Of a stretch of DNA of 64,000 nt, positions 25,906 through 38,278 are shown piece by piece (positions within the stretch are counted from its first letter, which is position 1; each line of letters starts with the position of its first letter). The translations under genes and the position numbers were made by a program. Origin of the DNA: Azolla caroliniana (lineage: Eukaryota; Plantae; Polypodiophyta); NCBI GenBank assembly GCA_043228905.1, contig JBHGNT010000011.1, positions 10,106,001 through 10,170,000 of the forward strand. Direction: 5' to 3'. The notes under the pieces were generated by a model. That model made no database searches. It was not told the origin of the DNA and saw only the letters and a list, made by a program, of their open reading frames with translations.

Positions 25906-28281
25906 TCTCTTGTACAAACAAATGTTTTTTGACCAACCGCACATCATGGAATTGCACAAGAAATGTAAGAAAAAATGGTTTGATAAAGAATGTCATGAAG
26001 CTCGAAAGTGCCTTATGGTTTTGGATGTAGTTAAGGATAAAGAAAATTACCAAAAGCATTTGCATGACTATAAAAGGCTTATTCAAAGAAAGAGACGAAT
26101 ATGGGAAGTTACTCAACAACTTTTCCAAACGCAAGAGAAAGCACATGCATGCGCTAAAATTTGGGGAAATCTAAAGGGGAAACATGTTGAGAGTTATGGT
26201 GACTTAACTCTTCATGACTTGTGTATGCATTGTAAGAATTTATATGAGTTATCTCTTTCCAGAAAGATGATGTGTTATGGTTCTCTTTCACATATGTCTC
26301 CCTTCTTTACAATTGAAGATATATGCACAGGACTTAAGAAATTGGCCTCTCGAAAGGCAACTGATCTTCAATGTATAAAAGCTGAAATGCTCAAATGGAC
26401 GGGAAAGGAAGCACATATATGGATATGCGATATGTTTAATGACGCATTGCAACATGGTATGCCATATGATTGGACTACAAATTGGATCAAAACTTTACAT
26501 AAAGGTGGAGATGTAAATAATGTAAACAACTATCGAACCATCATGGAAAGTCGCATTAGAGCTAAAGGTTTATATTGTTGCTTTGTAGACTCCAAGAAAG
26601 CTTTTGATATGGTACCTCTTGAGCATCTTTGGAGGCGAATGGAAGAACTTGAGGTGCCAAGTGAATATATGCTTGCAATTTCTTGAATTTATGAGAAGGT
26701 TATATGTTGTGTGCGTATGAGAGAGAAACTTTTAGATTTATTAAAAAATACTATTGGTGTTAATCAAGGATGCCCACTCTCACCAACACTATTTGGTCTA
26801 TGCATTGATGAATTGGAAGAAAAGGTTACCAAGTTTGCAAAGGAAGAATGTGTTGAAGAAGTTGCCATTGGGAATGTTGTGATTATGCTTTTGCTATATG
26901 CAGATGATGTAGTGTTTTTTGCAAATACTTGAGGAGATGCACAAAAGCTTATGAAGGCATTGTAAAAATTTTGCATGCATACTAAATTAAGTGTTAATAG
27001 CTCTAAAACAAAGATTATGCTTGTGAAGAGCCAAAAAAGAGATAAACCATGCATTATGTCCAACAATGAGCCACTTGAATGTGTGGAAAGCTTCAAATAT
27101 CTTGGCCTTGAAGTTCCTTCAAATCATAGATGGAATGAATGTGCTACACGCCGCTTAGAGGCCGGTAAGCGAGCATACTATGCATTTGAGAACACATGCA
27201 ATATTGGAGATATTAAGTGTTGGGTCCTGAAGAAATATCTTTTCGACACTTTGGTGACACTGGTTCTTCTCAATGGGGTGGAAGTATGGGGGGGTAGCAT
27301 CCCTAAATCTATGTGGAAAGAGTTTGAAAATGTCCAAAAACATTTTCTTACAAAGTTTCTACAAGCTAAAAAACAAACGCCCTACACCCTCCTCCTTGAG
27401 ACGGGATCACTTCCCATTGAGATGATGGCCATGGAAAGGGTTGTTGAATACATACTTAAGGTTCAAAAAAGTCCCTCACTTCGACTTCCTAGAATTGCAT
27501 GTGAAGCAAGCAAAAAGATCCAAAAGACGCATAAAAGCAAAATTTCGTGTTCTGGTTGGATGCAAGATATAGAAAAATGGTTTGGTAGATGGCATGCGAG
27601 ACACTTGCTTCATGATGCATCATTAGATTCCTCTGTAAATGAGGCCTTTTTGCAATGCCAATGTATCATGACATGGGACAAATGTGGAGGCCCACGCTTC
27701 ACACATTATACTACACATGTTGCACCTAACTACAAAACCATATTCTTTGTGGAACGGGGAAACCGTACACATCAATACATGTTAGATCCCATACCGTTAT
27801 CTGCCATTTGAACCATTGCTTCCATGCGACTTAGGTCACATGCATTGCGATGTGAGACAAGGCGTTGGGGCACAAGTGATGAGAGTGATCGGCAATGCAC
27901 ACTTTGACCTAAACAAGTTTGCGAGTCTGAGTATCACACTTTGATACAATGCTTGGCCTTTGATAATATTCGACCATGCTTTCCACATCTCTTCGACCGA
28001 ACCCAATCCTTGCATGAATTTTTCTCACAACCACAATGTGCACTCTCGATTGCAACATTCATTGGTAAAGTTCTTGAACATCGAGAGTCACACTCACTTT
28101 CACACATATCACGTGAAATGTAATATTTGACCTTCGAAGACGATAATATAATCTATCTATCTATCTATCTCTCTTTTTCTTTTTTATCATAATTAGCTTA
28201 CCCTAGTGGTAAGTTGTTAACACTGTAAGCACTACATCTTGGGTTCAGAACCCAAATTTTCTCACCTCTCTATTATATACT

Positions 28282-31200
28282 TGTGAAATGTTACATGCAG
28301 AAGCTATACGAAACACAAAATACCGATAAAGAAAAACAGGTTTAATGGATATCTTAAGACACAATGTACGCAGGAGAGACATAGAGGGGAAAAAACACAC
28401 GAAAAACTAAATTCGAATAATGTGTAAACTCTGTACATAGGATGTGCTTAGAGAGGATCTTTATACAAGTCCATACGGACTGGCAGAAGTACTGACACTT
28501 ACTTCAATGCTCATAATTGAGCTCCTACACTAACTCCCAAATATATTCCCTCGCGGAATATCTATTCAACGGCCTCTTGGTTTGCGCACCGATCTGGCCT
28601 CTTGTTGTGCACCAGTTTACGCACCGATCCGGCCTAACTGATTGGTCCAAACCGATCCGGTTGTCGGCTTGCACAACCGATTCGGCCAATGTTGAGATTG
28701 TATCTCAACACCCCCCCTCAAGCTCAACTTGAGGCTCTTATGGTCCTTCGCTCCGGTTTCTCTTGACTTCACGCCTTGCTGGTGCTCCTCAACCCGTGTG
28801 ATTCTGCGGGCCTCGACCCTTACGGTTGGTTCGTCAGCTTGTGCGGCCTTTTCCAGCTCCGTTGCTATCACGGTGTTGGCACTTCTTCTGCCGCCCTTTC
28901 TTCCGCTTGGCCTTTAGTTGATTCAGCGTCTCCGAATCAAACATCCAAGCCAAATCGACTACCTCCGATTTGTCTCTGCTTTTGTCTGAATTATCTGTCT
29001 CCAATTCGTCCTCAATCTTGGCCTTTTTGCCCTTGTTGGCTTCATCTCCCCCATGCTTGGTTGGCTCCGACTCTTTCTTTCGGGTGCTGCCTTCTCATCC
29101 ACTTCCGGACTCTTTTGCGGATCTGCCTTCGGCTTCTTCAGCCAGCACTAAATCGAATTCATCATCTGATTTGATGTCACAGTCACTTCCGCTCATTTCT
29201 TGCTCCTTTCCGTGGTCTTGCGGGACCTCTCTCCCCCTCAAATTCGGCACGTCGAAGTGCTGCAACCCAAGTGCACCCGAGAATTACCGCAACTTGTCCA
29301 GACCAAGGAGCTTGGTGAAAATGTCAGCGTTCTGCCGATCTGTCGAAACATATTGAAGTTCAACTTCACTAGAGAGGACACGCTCGTGGAAAAAGTGATA
29401 GTGCACCTCAATGTGCTTAATAAGGGCATGGAAGACGGGGTTCTTCGCAAGTTGGATGTTGCTGAGGTTGTCGCAGTAGATCATCGTCGGACATGACACC
29501 TCCACTTGCAGATCCTTAAGTAGCCGCTTCAGCCATATGGCTTCACATGTTGCGACAGTCGCTCCTCGATACTCGGCCTTTGTGCTCGACATTGCAAATG
29601 TCTGCTGCTTCTTGCTACTCCACACGATCGTGGCGCTCCCAAGGGAGAACGCGAATTCGGATGTGGATCGGCGATCGCCAGTGTTTCCGGCCCAATCGGC
29701 ATCTATATAGCCAACTAGCTGCGCGGTAGTACCGGTCCGATATAGTAGCCCCCGGTCCTTAGTGCCACTGACGTACCTGAGTACGCGTTGCGCGCACTGA
29801 AGGTGCTCCTCGGTTGGCCGCGCCATGAACTGACTAATCAAGCCGACCGGGTAACTGAGGTCCGGCCGGGTGATAGTCAAGTATATGAGGCTTTTGACAA
29901 TTTGTCGGAACCTTTTCGGGTTGCAGACCTTTCCGGAGTTGGGGTGAAGCTTCACGGTTTTGTCTAGAGGAGTTGAGACGGACTTACAGTCTGCCATCCC
30001 GAACTTGAAGAGCATACTCAACATGTAATGCCGTTGGCTTATTAGTATGCCTTCGGGGGTTCAGATCACTTCCATCCCAAGAAAGTAATGATGGTCCCCC
30101 AGGTCCTTCATATCAAATGATGCCGCAAGTTGGAGCTTTACGCTAGCGATGACCAAGTCATTAACATAAAGTACAATATTAACCGGCCCAAGTCGACCTT
30201 GCTAGATGAACAATGAAGAGTCCAATTTGGACGTTGCAAATCCCATCTGATGCAATCGTTGCGTGATCTTTGTGTTCCAACTATGCAGGGCTTGCTTTAG
30301 TCCGTAAAGGGACTTCTTCAACCGGCTTACTGCCGAAGTGTTCGTTCTGGAGTGAAATCCGGGGGGTTGTACCATGTACACTTGTTCCTCAAGCTCACCT
30401 TACAGGAACGCATTCTTTACATCCATTTGATGTAAGTGCCACCCTTTTGCCACAGCTACCGCAAGCAAAACATAGACGGTCGTCATCTTCGTGACCGACG
30501 CAAACATCTCATCGTAATTGATGTCGTGTTGCTGCGTGTAGCCTTTTGCTACTAACCGGGCCTTGTATCGGTTGATCGAGCCATCGGTGTTGTACTTGAA
30601 CCTGTACACCCACTTGCATCCAATCGACTTTACACCCTTGGGGGCGTCAACCAGGTCCCAAGTTTCATTCTCCGCAAGTGCGTTCATCACTTCCTCCATG
30701 GCAGATCGCCAATTCGCGTCCTTTGCCGTTTCTACATAGCTCTTCGGCTCACGTACTTCTTCTACACGTGTCATGTATGCATAGTGATGCGCCATGTACT
30801 CGTTGTATCTGAACCGCACAATAGGGTTCTTCTGGCGAGTAGATCGGCGTAAATGGTCATTAGCCGATGTTGAGGCCATTTTGGCCGACGCAGACATCGC
30901 TCTTGAAGGCCCGTCATTGCTCTTCTCGAAGTCGGATTCGCGTCGATCCGACTCATCCCTATCCGTGCCATACTCCAGCATCTTCTTCTTTCCCTTTTCT
31001 TTGCACGTAAGCTGTCTCTTCGACTTCCTGCGTGGGGAATGCACAGTCGAGTCTCCACTACTCGTCGACTCTCATCTGACTGGTCAAACTGACTCAGTCG
31101 CTCATTCAGTCCACTTCAAAATGAGATCAGACTCTCTTCAAGAGTTTTGACTTTGCATTCATCAGGAGGCATCTCAGCCTTGCTGACCTCATCTTCAGAA

Positions 31201-33995
31201 CTCGGATTGGAGTTGAGGTCCATAGTCGAAGGCAAATACCAAGACGCAGACTCATCGAACACGACATCGCGACTTACGCGAGTTTGTTTGGTTCGGGGGT
31301 TATAACACTTATAACCCTTCTGTTCGTCTGAGTAACCAACCAAGATACACTTTTCGGCTTTCACGTCCAACTTCCTCAGCACATGCACATACGTGATGCT
31401 ACCAAAAACCCTCAAGTATCGTAGATTCGGCTTCCTTCCGAAATAGAACTCATGTGCCGACACTTTTTCTCCGATCCGATTCTGGATGTAGATCATGGTT
31501 TGTACCGCTTCAGCCCAATAGAACTTGGGCATGCTCTTTTCTTCCAGCATTGCTTGCGCTGCTTCCACAACTGACCGATTCTTCCTTTCAGTTACACCGT
31601 TTTGCTTCGGCGTATACCTGCAACTGAATTCGCATCGAATTCCCATTTGTTGCAAATAACTGTTGAATTGGCCGGAAAAGTACTCTTTTCCGCCATCCTA
31701 CTACAGACACTTGATCTTCCTCCCTGTTTCCCTTTCGACAAGATTTTTGAGGTTCCGGAAATAGTTGAGGACTTCACTCTTCTTTTCGATGAGGTAGATC
31801 CATGTGTACCGGGTGTAGTCGTCGATGAAGGAGACGAAATATCGACTCCCGCCAAGACTCACGTTTTGTGTTGGTTCCCATACATCGGAATGTATCAAGT
31901 CGAGCTTATTTCAGCTCCGATTACGCTCGTTGGGGAAAGGAAGTTAGTGTTGCTTCCGTAGCTGGTAGGCTTCACAAATTTGGGCCTTTCGACCACTGAA
32001 TTTCGGCAATCCGAACACAACTTATTTCGATTGCAGGACTTGAAGCCTTTGGTAGTTGATGTGGCCTATCTGCTTATGCCACAAGTCGATATCCGACTCG
32101 ACTTTTTGCCCTTTCGCGAACATGGTGGTGCCTACGTCATTGGTGTCGAGGATGAACATCCTCCCATCTCTACGCCCTTGCCCAATAACTTGGCCTTCTT
32201 CCTCGATGAAGCACCCGAGATGTGTGAACTAGACTTGCATCCCCTCGTCGATGATCTGTCCGACTGACACCAGATTCTTCATAATTGTCGGGATGTGTAA
32301 CACATTCATTAGCTTCCTTTTTTGCCCGACTTGGCTGAGGGGAACTTCACCGGCATGTATGATCGGATGTGGAGTGTCGTCTCCTGTTGAGACTACTCTT
32401 GGTTGTTCCGGTTTTTCCAGATATGAGAACCACTCTTTATGGCTCTTCATATGATTTGATGCTCCGGAGTCAACGTACCACACTTCGTCTGATTTCGGGG
32501 TGGTCTTCTTCATTGAGTTCGCTTCGTGTCTTGTCACGAACGTTGCCCCCTTTTCAACTTTTTTGGGTTCTTCGGCGTAGTGCATTTGCTGCCGATTTCC
32601 TTGTTCGGTCGGTCCGGATCCAGATCCGGTTTTCTCCGAATCGGCGCGCTTCTTCCACCACTCGTTCTCCTTGTGGCCTTTCTTGCCACAATACCAGAAT
32701 TTCGCGGCGTGTTTCCTTTGCCAGTTCTCATCGCCTCCTCGACTCCCCCTGCTTCCGGAGGGTCCGGAATTGCTATCGGCATCACCATGATGCCTTCTTC
32801 CTTGCTCCCGTTGGCTGCCTCCATTGCGCACCGACTTGCCTCGTTCACCACGACCACGGGGCCTATGTCCCTCCATGTACAACATCTTACTGTTGGCGTG
32901 CGTACTCGTTGACGCACCCGCGTGATTCTCCTCTACAAGGAGCATCGACTGCAAGTTGAAAAACGACGACGTATTCTCCCTTGTACAAATAGTAGTTTGG
33001 AATGCTCCGAACTTCGATGCCAATCCTCTGAGGCAGATCTGCACCATTTCGCCGTCCTCAACGTTCACATCGATGGAGGTGAGGGAGTCGAAGATGTCCT
33101 TTATCTTGCAAGTGTAGTCAGCCACCGTCATGTCACATTGACGCACATTGCTCAACTCCTATTGGAGTTGGAGCTTCCTACTGTGGTGCTTGCGGTGAAA
33201 ATATTTTTCAGATTTCCCCAAGCATCGTTTGACGTTCTTGCATCCCGAAAGTAGCTCAAGAGCTTTTCGCTCACACAAGATGCGAAGCAGTAGAGAACTC
33301 TACTCGCCGACTGTTCCCAGGACGGGAAGTCTTTGTGTGTCTATTCGGGTGCTGCATCATTCGCTCCATCGACATAGCTCTAGTATCCATGTCTGAGCAG
33401 GTACTGGTGCATCTTGTACGACCAAGATGCATAGTTACTTCTGTCAAGCTTCTTAGTTGGAAGCGAACTAGCCATACCTCTATCCATTTTTTTTTCCCTT
33501 TCTGTTCTTCACTGAGATTAGTTTTTTTTGTTTCGAGCTGAAGTCGGCTGGAGAGTTTCTCAACCCTCGCGCTTTGATACCATGTGAAATGTTACGTGCG
33601 GAAGCTATACGAAAAATAGAATACCGACAGAGAAAAACAAGTTTAATGGAGAGGTTAAGACAGAATGTAAGCGGGAGAGACAAAGAGGGAAAAGAACACA
33701 TAAAAAACTAAATTCGAATAATGTGTAAACTATGTACATAGGATGTGCTCAAAGAGCACCTTTATACAAGTCCATACGGACTTACAGAAGTATTGACACG
33801 TACTTCAATGCTCATAACTAAGCTCCTACACTAACTCCCAAATATATTCCCTCGTGGAATATCTGTTCAACAGTCTCCCGGTTTCTGCACCGATCCGGCC
33901 TCTTGTTGCGCACCGGTTTGCGCACTAGTTTACGCATCGATCCGGTTCTGGGCTTGCACAGCCGATCCGGCCAATGTTGAGCTTGTATCTCAACA
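28282..33995 (-). mobile_element. Copia E3, complete older insertion of the E2 family
   Basis: TSD ATACT at 28277-28281 and 33996-34000; LTRs 28282-28710 and 33583-33995 (visibly diverged); PBS TGGTATCAAAGC 33571-33582; PPT 28711-28720. Confidence 0.95.
28721..33475 (-). pseudogene. Copia E3 polyprotein, multiply disrupted
   Basis: ORF pieces 32229-33155, 31701-31898, 31116-31655, 30400-31044 and 29284-30024 are colinear with E2. Confidence 0.92.
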
Positions 33996-34034
33996 ATACT
34001 TCATACATATATCTTAATTCACTAGGTGCCACCT

Positions 34035-34100
34035 TGGAATGTAGGGGTTGAACCCCTGACCATCTGGTCTCTATTAGGCAACCTTACCAATTGAGCTACA

Positions 34101-34104
<4 letters not shown>
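34035..34104 (-). pseudogene. tRNA-derived sequence (pseudo-tRNA or SINE head)
   Basis: Minus strand TGGATGTAGCTCAATTGGTAAGG...GGTCAGGGGTTCAACCCCTACATTCCA has an A box, a B box with T-stem AGGGG/CCCCT and a partial acceptor stem; anticodon arm not canonical. Confidence 0.65.

Positions 34105-34153
<49 letters not shown>
34105..34153. repeat. (TC)n microsatellite, about 24 units
   Basis: Read directly. Confidence 0.95.
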
Positions 34154-34155
<2 letters not shown>

Positions 34156-34196
34156 CTCGAGTACTAATCCTCTCAATCTCTAGTACTGCTCCTGAC

Positions 34197-34559
34197 AGCT
34201 TCAACCCCTCTGCTCGGAAGGTTCGCAGAAGTTGGGATGTAGTCTTTGACGAATCGACGTCATGGTACGAACTCGAGCCAACTCCCCCTGAACAAATCAC
34301 CATTGCTTTTGAAGAGAACCTGGACAACAACGAACAACTAATGGCATTACTTGAGGAGAGTTCGACCACAACCAGAATTAGTGGACCTCAAGAGCCTCCA
34401 AGTGAGCAAAGCATGTTATGGCCGAGTCCTAAAATGGACAAAGGAAAGGAAAAAATGCCGGAATATGAAGACGACCAATCCGATGACAATGACTCGATTC
34501 ACTCACTCGACAATGAGCTTGATGGCTTTGATGTGCCTATTATGAGGACACTTGGTGTG
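34197..34559 (+). pseudogene. Host copia F, left part (integrase C-terminus and linker)
   Basis: FNPSARKVRRSWDVVFDESTSWY...KMDKGKEK is homologous to E1 16650-17000. Joins in frame (LGV|QKVIA) to 63103 after removing element A and one TSD copy. Confidence 0.88.
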
Positions 34560-34980
34560 TGTTATTCCTTAGGGCCGGACAATGGCCTAACACAGGGTGT
34601 CTACGGAAGACACTTCACTAAAGGGGTGTTACCGCAAGAAATCTTAAGACACAACGATTAAGCAGACTTAATTGGTTCCTTAAACAATACGGCATTAACT
34701 TAATACACGCGTAAGATATAACAATTAATACAGAACGGTAATCAATATGTGAAGATAAAACAAGAAGCTTATATTAATTCTCCGTTAAAGTTTTACATCT
34801 TTATATAGGTCACCGATGCTGTGTACAAAACGGTGCCAACCGGCACCTGTTCGGGACCCGTCCGGATCCAGATCGGCATACCGATTCCGGTCCATCCGTT
34901 CACTACTTAATTATAATCTATTCCGAATAACCATTCCCTTTCACATTCTGGTCTTTAACTCTTTTGCCGGCCAGGTAACA
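34560..34980 (-). repeat. Element A 3' LTR (421 bp)
   Basis: Aligns to 62666-63097 with roughly two dozen substitutions and an 11-bp indel (by eye). Confidence 0.95.
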
Positions 34981-34982
34981 CA

Positions 34983-34999
34983 TGGCACGCCCGTGGGAC
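34983..34999 (+). promoter_or_regulatory. PBS-like site for tRNA-Arg(UCU) at the position where element A should have its PPT
   Basis: TGGCACGCCCGTGGGAC lies 2 nt inside the LTR; it matches the remembered plant tRNA-Arg(UCU) PBS TGGCACGCCCAGTGGGAC with one missing base. Confidence 0.75.
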
Positions 35000-35089
35000 A
35001 GTACCTTGTACGTCGAATCCCACTATCCGGCCCTTAGCCTTCGTCCAAGATATCCAGAATACTCTGCTCCAAGGTATCCAATGGTTCTT

Positions 35090-38062
35090 CGGAACTCTAT
35101 TGTTGCTACTGCTGCGGTTGCTGTGGTTGCTGTTGTGGTTGTGGTTGCTGTTGTTGTGGCTGTTGTTGTGGCTCCGGCTCCTCCGACTGTTACTCCTTAG
35201 ATGGCGTCTGTTCGGCTCCCGGTACCGGCGGTTCTGGCGGTGATTCCTCCGTTAGCTGCTTTGCCGGATTTGACTCCGGTTGACTCTCCCTAGCCTTGTC
35301 TCTGTCTGGTCCTTGCTTTGGTGATGGCTCCTCATCACTAAGGTTGACGGTCGCCACCTGCTTTGCGTCTTCTTTTCGTAGCCTGGTCCGCTCATAGCTT
35401 TCAAATTGGATTTGAGCATCTAGTCGATCATCGTCCAGCTGTGCTACTAGTTGTCGGACCACTGCTGATTGTTCCTCCGCTAGAGTTACAAAATCTTCGG
35501 CTAACTCATCTCTTACGGCAGTGAAGTCCTCCTTTGTTAGCATGTAGCAATCGTCGCCATCCTTCTGCAAGTTTTCTGCGTCCGCCCTTAGCAACTGGAG
35601 CTCGACTGTGTGTTTTGCCCATTTGTCCCACCATTGCGCGGAGCTTTCGTCAATCAAGCGTTTTGTCTTGTTCCTGCATGTCTGGACAATGAACTGGATC
35701 CGCTCCAATCCCATCTTCGATTTGTCCTCTGTGGCTTGTCGTTCTTCCTTCAATTGCTTGATCAGCGCCACTGTGTCCGCCTCCTGCTCCCGGTAATGTG
35801 ACAATTGGTGTTGGTAGGTGTTCTACAACCTCTGCAATACCATTATCACTCTTTCCTTCTCTCATAATGTTGCTTATGGAGCTCCATACGTTCTTGTGTG
35901 GCTTCATCTAGTAGCGTGGTTCTTTCAGCCCGTTCCTCCGCTAGCGCCGTCTCCGCTCGATGCACCTCCTGCCGGAGCTCTGCCATCTTCTCATGCTGTT
36001 TCTTATGCTCTGTATCCAGGTGCTTGTAGTCCCGGTGCAGGTGCTCAAAATCATCGGTCTTCTACTTCAGCTTCTGGTTGAGTTGTCGGCGAGCGCGGTC
36101 TTCCTGATCCTTTTGTTGATAGAGTTCTTCTTTAAGTCTTTTCATTTCTGTTTCCGCCATCCGTCGTAGCTTCTCCTTTTCTTGTAGCGCCTTCTCTTTT
36201 TCCTCCTTCAGCCGGTCATATGCCTGATGTCCTTTCCGCAGATTTTCTTCTGCCCGATGGAGGTTCTCAATAGTCTTTCTTTGCTCTTCTTTTGCTGCTT
36301 TCTTCAAGTCCCGCTCTCGGGTGCGTAATGCTTCTTGTGCGGCTAGTTCATCTCTCAATTCAGCAAGCTCTTTTGCTTGCACCGTCACTATCTCCGGAAC
36401 TGGTTCCGTCTCCGGGGTCTTATTGTTATGTACAGGTGCCGGTGTTTCTTTATTCTGTACATCTACCGGAGTCACCAGTGCTTGGATCGGTGGTCTGGTT
36501 AAGGCCATTTTGGCCAATTCTTCTGTGGCCAAGTCCAAGACTTGTTCTAAGCTCCGGATCCTTGCCCGGGCCGTCTCTAGTTCTCCGGTTGTGATGAGCA
36601 ACCGGTCCATCTGTGCTTTCTCTTTTGCCTCTATGTAGTGTACCACTCCGACAATCTGTTCTCCAATCCACCGGAGCCATTAGCTGCCGGTGCCCTGTTG
36701 TTGCGTTTGCCCGGAGGGTTGGCTGTTGGTGTCGCTGGCCAGTGGTCGGTTTTGTCCGGTTGCGTTGAGCTGCAACTCTGTCTCTGGTTGGTGACCACTT
36801 TGCCATTCTGGTTCCGACTTCGTTGGCCGCTCCGCCTCTGATTGCGCTTGCCTTGCCGGTGGGGTAGGCGACTGTACTTCCGGTGCTTGCATTTCGAGTC
36901 TTGCCGTATCTTGACCCCCCGGTAGAGTTTGTTGTGCAGGGAGCTTTGTGACCGGTTCTATCTGAACCGGTTCCGGGTTCACCCTTGGTGTGGGATGCTT
37001 GGTGTGGGGTAGAGGCGTTCCATCCTTCTTTGGGTCTGAACGCTCCCCAGCCTGTTCGGAGGTACTTGCCTTCTAGTGCTGCTGGAGGTGCTCTAATGGT
37101 TCCTCCTCCGCTTCCTCCTCCTGAGTCCCGATGTTGATTTTTGCTGCCAAGGGTTTCGGCTCTTGTTGAACCGGTCAGTGAAGTCTGATCTTGATTGGTC
37201 GTGCCGGTGGCTCCTGCTACGTTTTCGCCTGCCTCTTTCTATTGGCACGCTCCTTTGCTGCCTGGTCCGTGTCGGCCGCCTTCCCTTTGGTTGCCTTAGA
37301 GGCCAACAACTGTTGTCGTTTTGAGGCCGTTTTCGGGGTGACTTTGGTTGTTCTTCCCCGCTTCGTAGTTTTGACGGGCTCGATAGGTGGTGCCAATAGG
37401 GTGAGCCATTGCGCAACTGCCGTCCATATCTTCCGACCCACCTTGCCTCTGATAGAATCGATGGCTGCACAGAGGCCATCCGCAATCAGTACCGGCCAGT
37501 CCACCTTCACGCCTTCATATGTTGCTATGATTAAGCCGGCCCAGTTTTGAGGCATGCACGGGGGTCGAGGGTATACATGTCCAAATTCATGGAGCACACG
37601 AGCAATCTCTCGAAAGAGTAGATCTTCGCCACCCTGTGTCCGGTAGGCCTTGCTGGCCAGAGAGTATTCCCCAAAATATTTTCGGAGCTGCTCTGGGGTA
37701 GGGTTGTCGATAGTGAAGATGCCCCTTTCTGGAAGCCCAATCAAAGCATGGATGGCTTCCTCTGAGATCAGTTCCGTGTCGATGTCCTTTACTATCTTCT
37801 CCACCTCTCGGTGCGGTGGCGCCTCCATGATGATGAGGAACCCTTCTAACCCGTGTTGCCTTAGCCACTTCTTGGCTGCTTCCGAGAGTGCTTGGTAGTC
37901 CATGGCTTCTTCGAGGTCGGTGAGCGTTGGTGAGGGGTGTGTTTGAGGAGGCTCTGTGTGTGTGGGATCGCGTCTGATGATCTTCAATCGCCTGTGCTCG
38001 TTTGTGCTCCTCTGTTCGCGAAATGTGAAGGCTTCCATGCGGTGGGAGTTTTCTTGCTGCAT
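35090..38062 (-). pseudogene. Element A extra 3' ORF (globular N-domain, coiled coil, Q/P-rich tail), disrupted
   Basis: ORF pieces 37217-38062, 36680-36982, 36062-36646 and 35190-35804 lie on the same strand as pol, between integrase and the 3' LTR. Confidence 0.75.
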
Positions 38063-38278
38063 GTTGACGCCTTTTTTTTCCTGACTCGCGTGTGTGCACG
38101 TCGTGTACTAAAATAGAATGACGTGCCATGTGGCGGCGGTTTAATATCCTATTAATAGCCCACTACGTACCTTTTCAAAGTGCATGTTCACTCCTTGTTC
38201 TTGCATGTGTCCGTTCACCCCTCACCCATCCATGATTTACTTTGATTGATTTGATTTGATTTGATAAAAATGTTTTGG

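Larger units (their letters stand above)
19794..28170 (+). mobile_element. Decayed RTE-like LINE (endonuclease + RT), interrupted by copia E2
   Basis: EN motifs VIVFGDMNAR, NSVIDYVL and PESDHR (19794-20347); RT motifs FVDSKKAFD, GVNQGCPLSPTLF, LLLYADD and SFKYLG (25906-28120); (ATCT)n 3' tail at 28151-28170. Several stops and an RT deletion; 5' end lost under E1. Confidence 0.88.

Noticed and set aside
34035-34104. Functional tRNA gene (also the LTR modules)
   Set aside because: Anticodon and acceptor arms do not form a canonical cloverleaf.
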